Part shown: piece after piece, positions 43,169 through 54,120 of the stretch
Numbering within the stretch: the first letter of the stretch is position 1
How the letters are laid out: every line of letters begins with the position of its first letter
From: Macrostomum lignano
Taxonomy: Eukaryota
DNA: 64,000 nt
Assembly (NCBI GenBank): GCA_002269645.1
Contig: NIVC01000056.1
Coordinates: 1-64,000, forward strand
Direction of reading: 5' to 3'
The notes under the pieces: model-generated
Told to the model about the DNA's origin: nothing
Seen by the model: the letters and a program-made list of their open reading frames with translations, nothing else
The model's database searches: none
Position numbers and translations under genes: made by a program

Positions 43169-44854
43169 AAGAGTGAGAGTGAGAGTGAGAGTGAGATTGA
43201 GAGTTAGGGTGAGATTGAGAGTTAGGGTGAGTGAGAGTTAGAGTGAGATTGAGAGTTAGGGTGAGATTGAGAGTTAGGGTGAGATTGAGAGTTAGGGTTA
43301 GATTGAGAGTTAGAGTGTGATTGATAGTTAAGGTGAGATTGAGAGTTAGGGTGAGATTGAGAGTTAGAGTGAGATTAAGAGGTTAATTGAGATTGAGAGC
43401 GAGAGTGAGACACATTGATAAAGAGAACACCATGGCGTGAGCAGACTGTCAATACTATTGCATTTCTCAAACGCACTATTACCGACATGTATCGAAAGCA
43501 ACAAGAAGCGCTTCTGCGACAAACAGCGAAACCAAAAACCCAACGTGCCCATTCGATTCGGAACTCCCCCCAGGCTCCATCATCACTCTCTCCTCACCGC
43601 CTCATCCTCCCAAGTCGCAGCGGGAGGCCGTCAGCTGGCAGTGGCAGTCAGCGCGCATCTCTCATTATCGCCAGTTCCTCTCTGCTATCTCTCAGCGCAA
43701 GAAGCTGCCTGCCCCATCCTGCTGCTGCCTGCCTGTCCGCTTCGCTGCACGTGTCTTTCAAAATGCCGGGCACTATTAGACATCCCAGTCAGACTTTACT
43801 GGCCAAATTTGCGCTGTCGAAACACTTTTTTTGCGTTTTGAATGCCTTCCGACTTGCAGATGTTTGCAATGAGGATTCGGTAATCACCTGACTGAGTCTC
43901 ACCTTGATAAACCACAGAGATTAGACTGAGTCTCACCTTGATAAACCCCAGAGATTAGACTGAGTCTCACCTTGATAAACCACAGAGATTAGACTGAGTT
44001 CACCTTGATAAACCACAGAGATTAGACTGAGTCTCACCTTGATAAACCACAGAGATTAGACTGAGTCTCACCTTGCCGAGAGTCCCCTTGCCACAGAGAT
44101 GGCCAGGTGGCTGGAGTTGGAGAAGAACACTTCTGACATCAGACTGTCAGGTGCGTAATTGTTCTTTGAACTCGCCGCCAACACCGCCACGTTAGGCAGG
44201 TCTCGCAGTTGCTCGGCCAGCCGCTCGGCAAAGTTGCTGTCGAGGAAGACGACAACCCGGCGCGCCTTGCACTGCGACAGATCGGCCAGCAGCTCCTCGG
44301 GGCTGTACTCCTCGTCACGAGAGACCTGCCGGGGGAGGTTTGGTTCGAAGTGAATATAAAAGACAAGCTACACTACTGAATTTTGGGGTCGGTAGTAGCA
44401 TCGTTTGTAAATTAATTTAGGATAAAAATAAGTTAAAAATAAACTAAATTCATCTAGAGTTAGAAAGAGAGAGTGAGATTGAGAGTGAGACTAAGTTTAA
44501 GATTGAGAGTTAGAGGCAGGTGAATATGGAGAGTGAAAAGGAGAGAGAGTGTGTGTGAGAAGAGATTGAGAGTGAGAGCGAGAGTGAGAGTGATAGTGAG
44601 AGTGAGAGTGAGATTGAAAGTGAGAGTGAGAGTGAGATTGAAAGTGAAAGTGAGATTGAAAGTGAAAGTGAGATTGAGAGTGAGAGTGAGAGTGAGAGTG
44701 AGATTGAGAGTGAGATTGAGATTGATATTGAGAGTGAGATTGAGAGTGAGATTGAGAGTGAGATTGAGACTGAGATTGAGATTGAGAGTTGGAGTGAAAT
44801 TGAGAGTGAGATTGAGAGTGAGAGTGAGAGTGAGAGTGAGATTGAGAGTGAGAT

Positions 44855-44895
<41 letters not shown>

Positions 44896-46796
44896 TTTGG
44901 ATTGAAAGTTAGAGTGAGAGTGAGAGTGAGATTGAGAGTGAGATTGAGATTGAGATTAAGAGTGAGATTGAGAGTGAGATTGAGAGTGAGATTGAGAGTG
45001 AGATTGAGATTGAGAGTTGGAGTGAAATTGAGAGTGAGATTGAGAGTGAGAGTGAGAGTGAGATTGAGAGTGAGATTGAGAGTGAGATTGAGAGTGAGAG
45101 TGAGATTGAGAGTGAGATTGAGAGTGATATTGAGATTGAGAGTGAGAGTGAGAGGTAGAGAGTGAATTAATTAGTGAATTGAGTGAATTGAGCGGCTAAA
45201 TTAATTGGCCAGTGACGTGCTGTGCGATTCACACCCGTGAGGCCAGCCTCCAAGGCTCAGAGAGTGCACATGCCTGACCATGAGACACCCTGAGTAAGCT
45301 TGCGAGTGCTCAGGGTCCAGCGAACTGAGCATGACTTGCTGGCTGCGGGTCAACTGTCGCCTTGGCTTGCAGATATAGTAAATCCTCCCCAAGCATCTGC
45401 TCACATCGTAATCGTTGTTGAAGTCCCAGAGCAGCAGGGAGCCGTCCAGCAGAGCCGGGCTTCGCAGGTAAATCACCAGGTTGTTCACGCAGTAGTCGGT
45501 GCGGCACAGGCGCTGCAGGTGCTGCTGGAAGGCCACCTTCATCCCGCCGGCCGCGTGCAGATTCTCGGCCACGGTTTCCGCCAGTCGGCGGGATCGCCGG
45601 TCGGCGTAGAAAGTCTGCACCGCGGCGGCCGAGAAGCCGGCGTCGCGCAGCTTGGCGTGCACCCGCGCGACCGCCGCCTCCGTGCCGTCCAGTCCGGCGT
45701 CCGGGTTCCAGCCGCCGGCCACCAGCACAGCCTGGTCGCAGCTCTGCTCCAGCGGGCAGTGCGCCGTCACGTCGGTCAGACTCGGACAGCTCCCGCTTCC
45801 GGCCGAGCCAGACCGGGCGTCGTCGTGGACGGCGGAGCCAGCGGCGGCGGCCTGCAGGGGGCACTGGGGACGACGCGAGAATGGGTAGGCGGGCGGGCAG
45901 GGCGCGAACCCGGGCAGCTGGGCGCAGGCGAGGCGCTGGGTCAGGTGCGGCGTCTCCGTGTCGCTCTCGTAGGCCACCAGCGGCAGGAAGTGGTGCTCGC
46001 AGTGCCTGTAGGCTGGGTGGCCTTGTGTGGCTCGCCAGAACAGCGAGGTGCGACAGTGCGGGATGGCGGCCGGGTAAAGGCAGCCGCCCTTTGCTGTGGG
46101 AAGAGTGGCAGGATGGCTTCTTTGATTCCTTTGATCCTCCGCCCCATTTGCTTCCTTTGATCCTCCGCCCTTTTGATTCCCCTGATCCTCCACCCTTTTG
46201 ATTCCTTTAATCCTCCGCCATATTTGCTTCCTTTGATCCTCCGCCCTTCTGATTCCTTTGATCCTTCGCCCTGTTTACTTTCTTTGATCCTCTGTCCCAT
46301 TTGCTTCCTTTGATCCACCACCCCTGTATTCCTTTGATCCCTCGTCCCCTGGATTCCATTGATTCTCCGCCTCCTTCTGATTTCTTTGATCCTCCGCCCG
46401 AAGCCACTCACCCAGAGTAGTTCCTGCCAGCCTGCGGCACCTGTTCCTATCGAATCTCAGGTGAAGGAAGAACACGAACAGCAGGTGGCCGAACTGCTTC
46501 CTAGGAAACGGGTCCAGCACCAGCACGCCGTCCCTGGCGTGCAGGAAGCGCCGCTGCTGCAACACCTTCAGCCGGTATCGAGTCCAGGACGACGGCTTCG
46601 CCAGGTGGACTCGGAACTCGGACTTCGGCAGGGCTTGAACGTCCCGGCACTCCTCCGGGCTGGTGACCTCGGTCAGGTCGCAGGACAGGGACATCACGTG
46701 ATCGTGGGCAGCGGCGGCCAGCTCTTCGTCAGAGGAGACCGCGGCCAGGACGGCGCTCGGCGCCAGAATCAGCAGGACCAGCAGCGCCAGCTTCAT
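42718..46796 (-). CDS. Secreted Cys-rich protein with a C-terminal peptidase C13/caspase-fold (clan CD)-like domain, probably inactive, 512 aa, 5 exons
   Basis: Exons 46796-46412, 46093-45405, 44325-44072, 43513-43483 (31-nt micro-exon), 42897-42718; GT-AG, phases 1, 0, 2, 0; total 1539 nt. Signal peptide MKLALLVLLILAPSAVLA; legumain/GPI8-like AVLVAGGW, NLVIYLRSP and RVVVFLDSNF. Gene model is well supported; the family call is inference. Confidence 0.75.
42960..43410. repeat. (GAGAGT/GAGATT)n hexamer array, intron 4 of the clan-CD-like gene
   Basis: Seen directly; the right part has an 18-bp variant containing TTAGGG. Confidence 0.92.
43891..44074. repeat. 34-bp minisatellite (ACTGAGTCTCACCTTGATAAACCACAGAGATTAG)n overlapping a splice donor
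   Basis: Five units plus a partial unit that includes the exon-3 donor at 44071. Confidence 0.93.
44460..45165. repeat. (GAGAGT/GAGATT)n hexamer array, intron 2 of the clan-CD-like gene
   Basis: Seen directly; explains the RVRVRL ORF. Confidence 0.93.
46125..46400. repeat. ~24-bp degenerate minisatellite (TTCCTTTGATCCTCCGCCC..) filling intron 1 of the clan-CD-like gene
   Basis: Lies between acceptor 46094 and donor 46411. Confidence 0.85.
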
Positions 46797-47314
46797 CTCC
46801 GAACAGCGGCGGGTGCTCAGAAGTTGTCGGATGGGATTATTTTCAACTCGGAGGTTTTCAATTTTTCCTCTGCTGACAGCCCGGCCTGCCGGCCTGCTTA
46901 AATAGAGCTGCAGTCTGGGGTGCGGCCCCGGTGCACCCGCGCGGCCCGGGAGCGGAGGGGGGCGGCCGGCCCGCAGGAACACATCGTAAAGTTTTATTTG
47001 GTCACAAGGTGGCCGTGATGGGCTGATGACGCTCGGAGTCTGGGGTTGCTGCGGCATGGGAGGGCGCTTTGCCACGTCACAGCCAGTGAAATCCGACGGC
47101 AGCTCAAGAGGCGAACGGCGCTCGCCCAAGACGAGACCGGAGAGCAACCGGAGAGCATTTATTTGAACCGCTGGCCAGGTTGGGGGAATAAAACTGCCGA
47201 TTGTTGCAACAATTAATGTCGGTTTACAATGCCGGCCCGGGCGCTAAATGAGCCTGCCGGACTCTCGCCATTACGACTGAGGGGATTCGCATCTGCTGCC
47301 CTCTCCTCTCCCCT

Positions 47315-48035
47315 GCTCTCCCCTCTCCTGCTCTTCAGCTCTCCTGCTCTCCTTCTCCTCTCTCTCCCCCTTCTCTCTCCCCTCTCCTCTCTCCTCTCTT
47401 CTCTCTCCTCTCTCTTCTCTCTCTCTCTCCTCTCTCCTCTCTCCTCTCTCCTCTCTCCTCTCTCCTCTCTCCGTCTCTCTCCTCTCTTCTCTCTCCTCTC
47501 TTCTCTCTTCTCTCTCCTCTCTCCTCTCTCCTCTCTTCTCTCTCCTTCTCTCTCCTCTCTTCTCTCTCCTCTCTTCTCTCTCCTTATCTCTCCTCTCTCC
47601 TCTCTCTTTCTCTCATTCTCTCTCCTCCCTTCTCTCTCCTTCTCTCCTTCTCTGTCATCTCTCCTCTCTCCTCTCTCCTCTCTCCTCTCCTCTCTCCTCT
47701 CTTCTCTCTCCTCTCCCCTTATCTCTTCTTCTCTCATTCTCTCTCCTCTCTTCTCTCTCCTCTCTCTTTCTCTCATTCTCTGTCATCTCTCCTCTCTCCT
47801 CCCTTCTCTCTCCTCTCTTCTCTCTCCTTGTCTCTCCTCTCCCTTTATCTCTCCTCTCATTCTCTCTCCTCTCTTCTCTCTCCTTCTCTCTCCTCTCTCC
47901 TCTCTCTTTCTCTCATTCTCTCTCCTCCCTCCTCTCTCCTTCTCTCCTTCTCTGTCATCTCTCCTCTCTTCTCTCTCCTCTCTCCTTCTCTGTCCTCTTT
48001 TCTCTCCTCCATTCATCTCTCCTCTCTCCATTTTC
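47315..48035. repeat. CT-rich low-complexity array (CTCTC)n
   Basis: Seen directly; a second CT-rich tract lies at ~48780-49070. Confidence 0.92.
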
Positions 48036-50270
48036 TCCTTCTCAGAGTGACCCCTATGCCAAATTCCATTCCTTCAATCAGTTTTTCCAGCGTCTCTGCA
48101 CCCCCTCCCGGCCAGTTCGAATCAGTCAATTAAATTACAGTCATAATACTCGTACACTCAAGCTCATAAAACTATCAAAGCTCAAACTCCAGCTCAGCTC
48201 GGACTCGACCTCTCAGGTCTCTGACAGTCCGGCATGAGGGTGGCGTGCAGCAGGCTGGTTGCCCACCCCGGCAATGCGCACAGTTTAAAGCTGGCCAAGT
48301 CCTAAAACATGTTTACGATAGAATGCCAATTTACGGGGCACGGGGGAGGCTGCAGCCCCTCATCAGTTTTTGCACCTGGGCGGCTTGTGGAGGCTTCTGG
48401 CATTGTTTCTGAAATTACAGCTTAACAACCCAAATATTTGGAGTCGTATAAATTCCTAGGACGTTCACGTCGAGGGGTAGCAAGTAAGCAGGTAATAGCA
48501 GGTAATAATGGCTGCATAATATCCTCTGGAATCCCCCAGAGCAGGCATTATAAACTGAGAAATTGTGCTGTCAAAGTGTTTACTGGGCTTTATTGATCTG
48601 CGCGCAACCAGGTAACTACCGAGGGGCTCCCAGATCTGCTGCACAGCGCTGGGGCCTTGAGCTCAATCTGCATGCTTATAAAACTCCTCTGGCTGCTCCA
48701 TAAATATCAATTAATTACTACTCACTTTCTCGCTGCACTAACTGCTCAAGTAGATCATGTCTACTTTCTCTAATTGTCTGTCTTATCTCTTATAAGATAT
48801 ATTATCTCTTATCTCTTATCTCTTCTGTCCGATCTCTCCTCTCTGCTCTCTGCTCTCTTATTTCCTCTCATATCTTTCTTCTCTTTTCTCTTCGCTCTTA
48901 CCTTTTCTCTCTTATCTCTCCTCTCTTATCTCTCCTCTCTTGACTCCCCTCTCTTATCTCTCCCATATTAGCTCTCCTCTCTTATTTCTCCGCTCTTTTC
49001 TTTTCTCTTTTTCTCTCCTCTCTACTCTCTCATCTCTCATCTCGCCGCTCCCATCTCTCCCTCTCGCTCTGCCCCTAAAATTCATCAGGTATTTCTCTAT
49101 TCCATCTCTCGAAAAAGCATCTTGCCTGATCACAACACCGAGACACGTCCTCAGTGAGCAAACCAAATGAAGTCATTTTGTCAATATTTCCCCATTTCAC
49201 CCTTGCTTGATTGAGCTGTGAGTCACTGCACCCCCAGTGAGATCATTCGCTCACTCAGTCGCTATTACTGGCAAGTCAAGAATAGGTGAATGACGCAAAA
49301 CCCAACACCCGGCCGGTCCTTTGTCATCACCGTCTTATTAATGTTCTTAGCGTCACTGGTTCCCAAAATAGGTTTTGGCAGCAGTCTGTAAGGAGATTAC
49401 CGGTGTCTATTAAATATAGCTTTTTATGATTAAGTAAAGAAATACTGACACGGACCCCAGATCAAAGGCCATACCGCATAATTGAGTTGGAAAGTAGATA
49501 AGGTAATAAACCTGGCTATCGCGGCTCCTCAATTTATGACTTGCCGGCACATTTGCTCACCTCAGCTGAAGTCAGTATAGACTTGGCGCGGACATTGAAT
49601 CTCAACCGAGCCACCCAGACGTCAATAAAACCTGCTGCGGTCCGCTAATGCGGTCTGAATTGCAAAATTATTATCTAATATATTAGTCTTCTGTCGCGAT
49701 ATAAACTACTAATTATTAGTCAGAAAAGTACGCCAAGTGGTTTTTAACAAAAATGTGCTTCGGCATACTGCTTCTAATATTTATATACTGGCTCTGGCTG
49801 GCTAAAACGTGACCTACCCATTAACATTGCATTGTATTTCGCTTCAAGAGTAACTAAAGCAGAGCAAGCTAAAATTGAGTAGAAATGAAGTTTGTAAAGT
49901 AAAAAAATGTACTTTTAGTTAAGTGCAAATTGCGCCTGCTTCCTTATTGACAGCTCTGAGGATGCCGGAACCAACTGACTGACAGATCGGTCCGGTGCAT
50001 TCGAATCCCAGACATCATCTTCTCCGAGCGCGGCTGGGCTTCTTCAAATTCTGCACCGCATTATCGGCGTCAAGGTTGCGAGTCTGGTCGTCAGCCATGC
50101 CGACCAGAACTGCGGAGTTGTGGGCGCGACCAGGGTTCAAACTAACTCGCTCATCTACTGGCTTTCTGGGAAAATGGGTAGCCACTTCTTTTTCTCCTCA
50201 GCTTGATTCTTCTTGTGCTGTGCAATCAGTGTGGCCCCCCAGACCCTCATTTTGCTGTGCCACCAGTGTG

Positions 50271-50466
50271 GGTAGGGTAGGGTAGGTAGGGTAGGGTAGG
50301 GTAGGGTAGGGTAGGTAGGGTAGGGTAGGTAGGGTAGGGTAGGGTAGGGTAGGGTAGGGTAGGTAGGGTAGGGTAGGTAGGGTAGGGTAGGGTAGGGTAG
50401 GTAGGGTAGGGTAGGTAGGGTAGGGTAGGGTAGGTAGGGTAGGGTAGGGTAGGGTAGGGTAGGGTA
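50271..50466 (+). repeat. (GGGTA)n pentanucleotide microsatellite
   Basis: Seen directly, with GGTA variant units. Confidence 0.95.
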
Positions 50467-50899
50467 GTTGGGTATCTACACCCTTATACCAGAGAGAGTG
50501 GGTGCTATGGGAAACTATACAATATAGCAGCAACAGGTATACGAGAACTTACGGCCAATGATGCAGCCGCTGCAGAAGCTTAATGAAATTAGCAGAAGCA
50601 AGGCAACAAATAGTATTCTCATATTAACTATATTATTCTAAATTTTATAATGCAGCAGCAAAATGCACCAAAAAGGAACGCATAGTCAAATTTTGAGCAA
50701 GGGAATTGTATTATTACATGTTCTTGTGGTACTTTGACTATCTAGGTTTAAGTGGAAATTTTTCACACACTTTGGACCATAGACTGATACAACTGATGCT
50801 GGGATCGAGCTAGCTACTTGTGAACTTACATGTATATAGCTTTTTGGCTTGGAGCTGATAGCTCCGTGCACTGTCTGAACATGGGATAGACAGACACAC

Positions 50900-51125
50900 T
50901 TATGGGATACTCATGGGATACTCATTGGATTCTCATGGGATACTCATGGGATACTCATTGGATTCTCATGGGATACTCATGAGATACTTTTTTGGATTTT
51001 CATTAGATTCTCATGGGATTCTCATTAGATTCTCATGTGATTCTCATTAGATTCTCATTTAGATTCTCATGGGATACTTATGGGATATCCGTAGGATAAT
51101 CAAGATATACTGGGATGCTCATGAT
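50900..51125. repeat. Degenerate 11-bp array (GGGATACTCAT)n
   Basis: Seen directly. Confidence 0.8.
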
Positions 51126-51743
51126 ACTCATGCAGTTAATGGAGGCTTGAGTATTAAAACTATGGGACCAGCTCCTGGCTAAATGGCTCCATTAACAGAA
51201 GAGCTCTGAGCACTCATACAGTTCAGTCGCTAGCGAGGGAATGCGGATACGGTACATACGCAGGCACACGCTCATAAGATAGGGTGTACAGCAGCCCAGA
51301 CTTTCTCATTGTCTGGCATGTTCACACTAAGCCATGTTCACATGTTTCATGCAAGAGCGCAAAATTAATTTCATGGCTTGTGGAATCGAACCAATGTACT
51401 CGTACTTTGGGACGTAGAGTCAGACACGTAAGTTTCGAAGCTTAGTAAAACAAGCAAACAGCCGAACCGCGATGCACTTTTACACGAAGCTTGACTGCGA
51501 TTTGTAAAAACAGCAGTTTAAAACAGAGCCGCAGCTCAGGCTTGGCCATAGACAACTGGCTGGCTGGCTGGCTAAACTCTATGGACCAAAGCCTATCGCA
51601 GTCGAGGACGGGCCGACCTGTTCCGAGCGAGCTAAAGAGAGCGGCAGCGAAGCCCAGAGCCCAGCACCAAAACAGCGACAGGACTAGCAAGCAGCTTCTC
51701 TAGCAATTGACTTGACTCGTTCCACTTTGCCACACCAGCAGAG

Positions 51744-52889
51744 ATGGCCTACGCCATGTACAACAACAGCAGCAGCAAGCGAAGCTTCTTCTACGATGTA
51801 CGCAACCTGTCCTACGGCTACTACGGCATGCACCCCATGGACCAGGCCGTGGTGGAGTACCAGCGGGGCCGACCGGCCGCCAAACTGCCCTCCAGACAGC
51901 TGAACCGCCAGTTCAAGCCCGCCAGCATCCAGTTCGAGGACGAGCAGCAGCAGCAGCAGGTGCTGCAGATCAGCGTGGTGCAGCAGCAGGCCAAGCAGAA
52001 GCAGCACCAATTTCTGGTGCTCTCAGTTGGCTCGGACGATTCTGAGCCTGCCGCCGCTTCAACGGTCACCCTGCCGGAGTCGCAGGCGGTCCGCCTGGTG
52101 CAGCGGCTGCGCAAGCTGTCGAAGTGGAAGCCCGGCAGTAGCGGCCAGCTGCCCACCTTCGGCCAGGGCCTGGTGCACGAGGACTCGGTCTTCAAGGCGC
52201 AGATTGTGCCGCTGACGCAGGGTGCCGGGCACGGCCTGAAGATCCTGGCCGAGACTCGAGCCCGCGACCCGCAGGAGCGCCGCGAGCTGAGCAGCGTCTT
52301 GCTGCCCATGGACTCGGCCTGCCTCACGAAGTTCCGAGCTGTCCTGGCCGACCTCGTCTCCACCGAGACGCCGCTCTACCACACCGAATCTCTGCAGGTG
52401 TCAGACGGCTCAAAATTCTACCTGGACCTCATCCGGGAGGACGCGGCCCACTACCTGAAGGTGTCGCACGTGACCCGCGACTTCCGCAGCATCGTCATCG
52501 TGCCCGCCTGCGACGTGGCCGCCCTGCGCGACCTGCTCGACTCCAGCCTGCGCGCCATGCAGCAGCGAGCGCCGGACGAAATCGCCAAGGACGCCAAGCG
52601 GCCGAAGCAGCCGCGCCAAGCCGGCCGAAACTCGCGCCGCAGGCCGCGCTTTGCCCAACGGAAGCGCCGAGCCGGCGCCAACTCGGAGGAGGAGGCCGAG
52701 AAGGAGAACGAGAACAGCAGCAGCTGCAGCGGCGGCGCCGCCACCGCCGAGGCCATCGAGAAGCCGACGGCGGAGCGCCTGCAGCAGCTGCCGGGTGGCA
52801 GCGGCGGAGGCGCGGACGACGGTTCGACGGTGGAGTCGCGCTCGGTGGAGAACGGCGACCAGACGACCGGCGCGGGCACCGTCGAGTGA
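51744..52889 (+). CDS. Divergent PUR-repeat (Pur-alpha family) nucleic-acid-binding protein, 381 aa, intronless
   Basis: SLQVSDGSKFYLDLIREDAAHYLKVSHVTRDFRSIVIVPACDVAALRDLL fits the PUR repeat pattern (F-Y-L-D...F/Y-L-K-V-S-E...I-x-V-P); two more degenerate repeats lie upstream; basic/acidic tail; coding-like GC3. Confidence 0.65.
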   Translation: MAYAMYNNSSSKRSFFYDVRNLSYGYYGMHPMDQAVVEYQRGRPAAKLPSRQLNRQFKPASIQFEDEQQQQQVLQISVVQQQAKQKQHQFLVLSVGSDDSEPAAASTVTLPESQAVRLVQRLRKLSKWKPGSSGQLPTFGQGLVHEDSVFKAQIVPLTQGAGHGLKILAETRARDPQERRELSSVLLPMDSACLTKFRAVLADLVSTETPLYHTESLQVSDGSKFYLDLIREDAAHYLKVSHVTRDFRSIVIVPACDVAALRDLLDSSLRAMQQRAPDEIAKDAKRPKQPRQAGRNSRRRPRFAQRKRRAGANSEEEAEKENENSSSCSGGAATAEAIEKPTAERLQQLPGGSGGGADDGSTVESRSVENGDQTTGAGTVE

Positions 52890-54120
52890 CGAACGAGCGG
52901 GAGGCGCCGCTGACTGACGGACTCTCATTGATTACTCTGTTCTCCAAGTTGTACGGATATTATTATTGACGCGCTGATTATAAATTGCCCAAAAGCCCTA
53001 AATTTTGTCAACCAGCCTCGTTACTCAAGCTCTTAACCAAGCCTCATCTGTTCCTCCTGTACTTGTAAACCCGCTGCTTCAGGACAATCGCATCTGTGCC
53101 TGTGCACAGCCTGCGGCAGCGTGCTCAATGCCCCAAGACACACACACAGTATCTAGCTCTTTGTTCCTAGCCAACTCTGTCATTTGCACCATTCGGCAAC
53201 ACGGCCCTGGTGGCTGGCCAAGTGCCAGTTAATTCGCTAAGCAGGCTACTCAGTACTAAGTAGTGCAGTAGGGGCACTATAGCGCTTTTTGAAATCGCTT
53301 ACCCAATAAAATCAGCAACGAAAGGCGAAACGGAGAACAGCAGCACCCGAGATTTGCAAAGTTCAACATTTGACGTTTATCTATTAAGCAAGCAGTCTGT
53401 TCGACTTGTTGATTTTCTAAAAGAAATAATTATTAAAACTTGACATTTCTTGAAGAAATTCTTGATGAAAACAAAATTAAAAGTACAGAACAGACGAAAA
53501 CAAAATTTAAGAAGGCTACAATCGCAATACATTGCGCTTGTTTAACAACCCAACCGAATCTAAGGTACACGATGTACTTTGATTTGTACTGCAAACCTAA
53601 AGCAAAAAATGCGACTAAAAAAGCCTGTAAATCAATCAATTAAAACCCAAATTCGTCTCCAAGAAATCCTCCAGAGATGGCTTTTCTGCCTTTTTTCTGC
53701 TCCTTGAAGCTACTTGAACAGATTGAAAACTTTTCGGATTTGAATTCGGTGAATTCACCAGAGAGAAGACATGGACAGCTAAAGTGCAAGGGCGCAACAC
53801 TCGATTTTCTTAGAAATGAGCCGGAGTGTTCCTTAGAAATAAGGAACGCGTACGCATGCTTCTCGTAGATCACCAGTGCACAGATTTTTCGTCTATGGCA
53901 AAACCTCAATAGGCGCTATGCGTTTTCTAGAGCAAACTGAATGCACTGGCGACACGACAAATACACGTTCCTCCGCGGCCTCCAAAATCATTTCTAGGAA
54001 AATTGAGCGTAACATCCTGCTCGTACTTCAGATGTCCACGCATAAGAGGATTTCTTGGCATATCAATTGTTAGTATCTCTCCATAATTAATTGTTCTTCA
54101 ATTCCCAAACAATCAATCGA

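Noticed and set aside
43200-43365. TTAGGG-containing units as an interstitial telomere
   Set aside because: TTAGGG is never tandem; it is a one-step variant of the surrounding GAGAGT/GAGATT array.
53433-54073. Short ORFs between the PUR-like gene and TCTEX1D1
   Set aside because: AT-rich 3'-UTR-like sequence with no motifs or coding-like codon usage.
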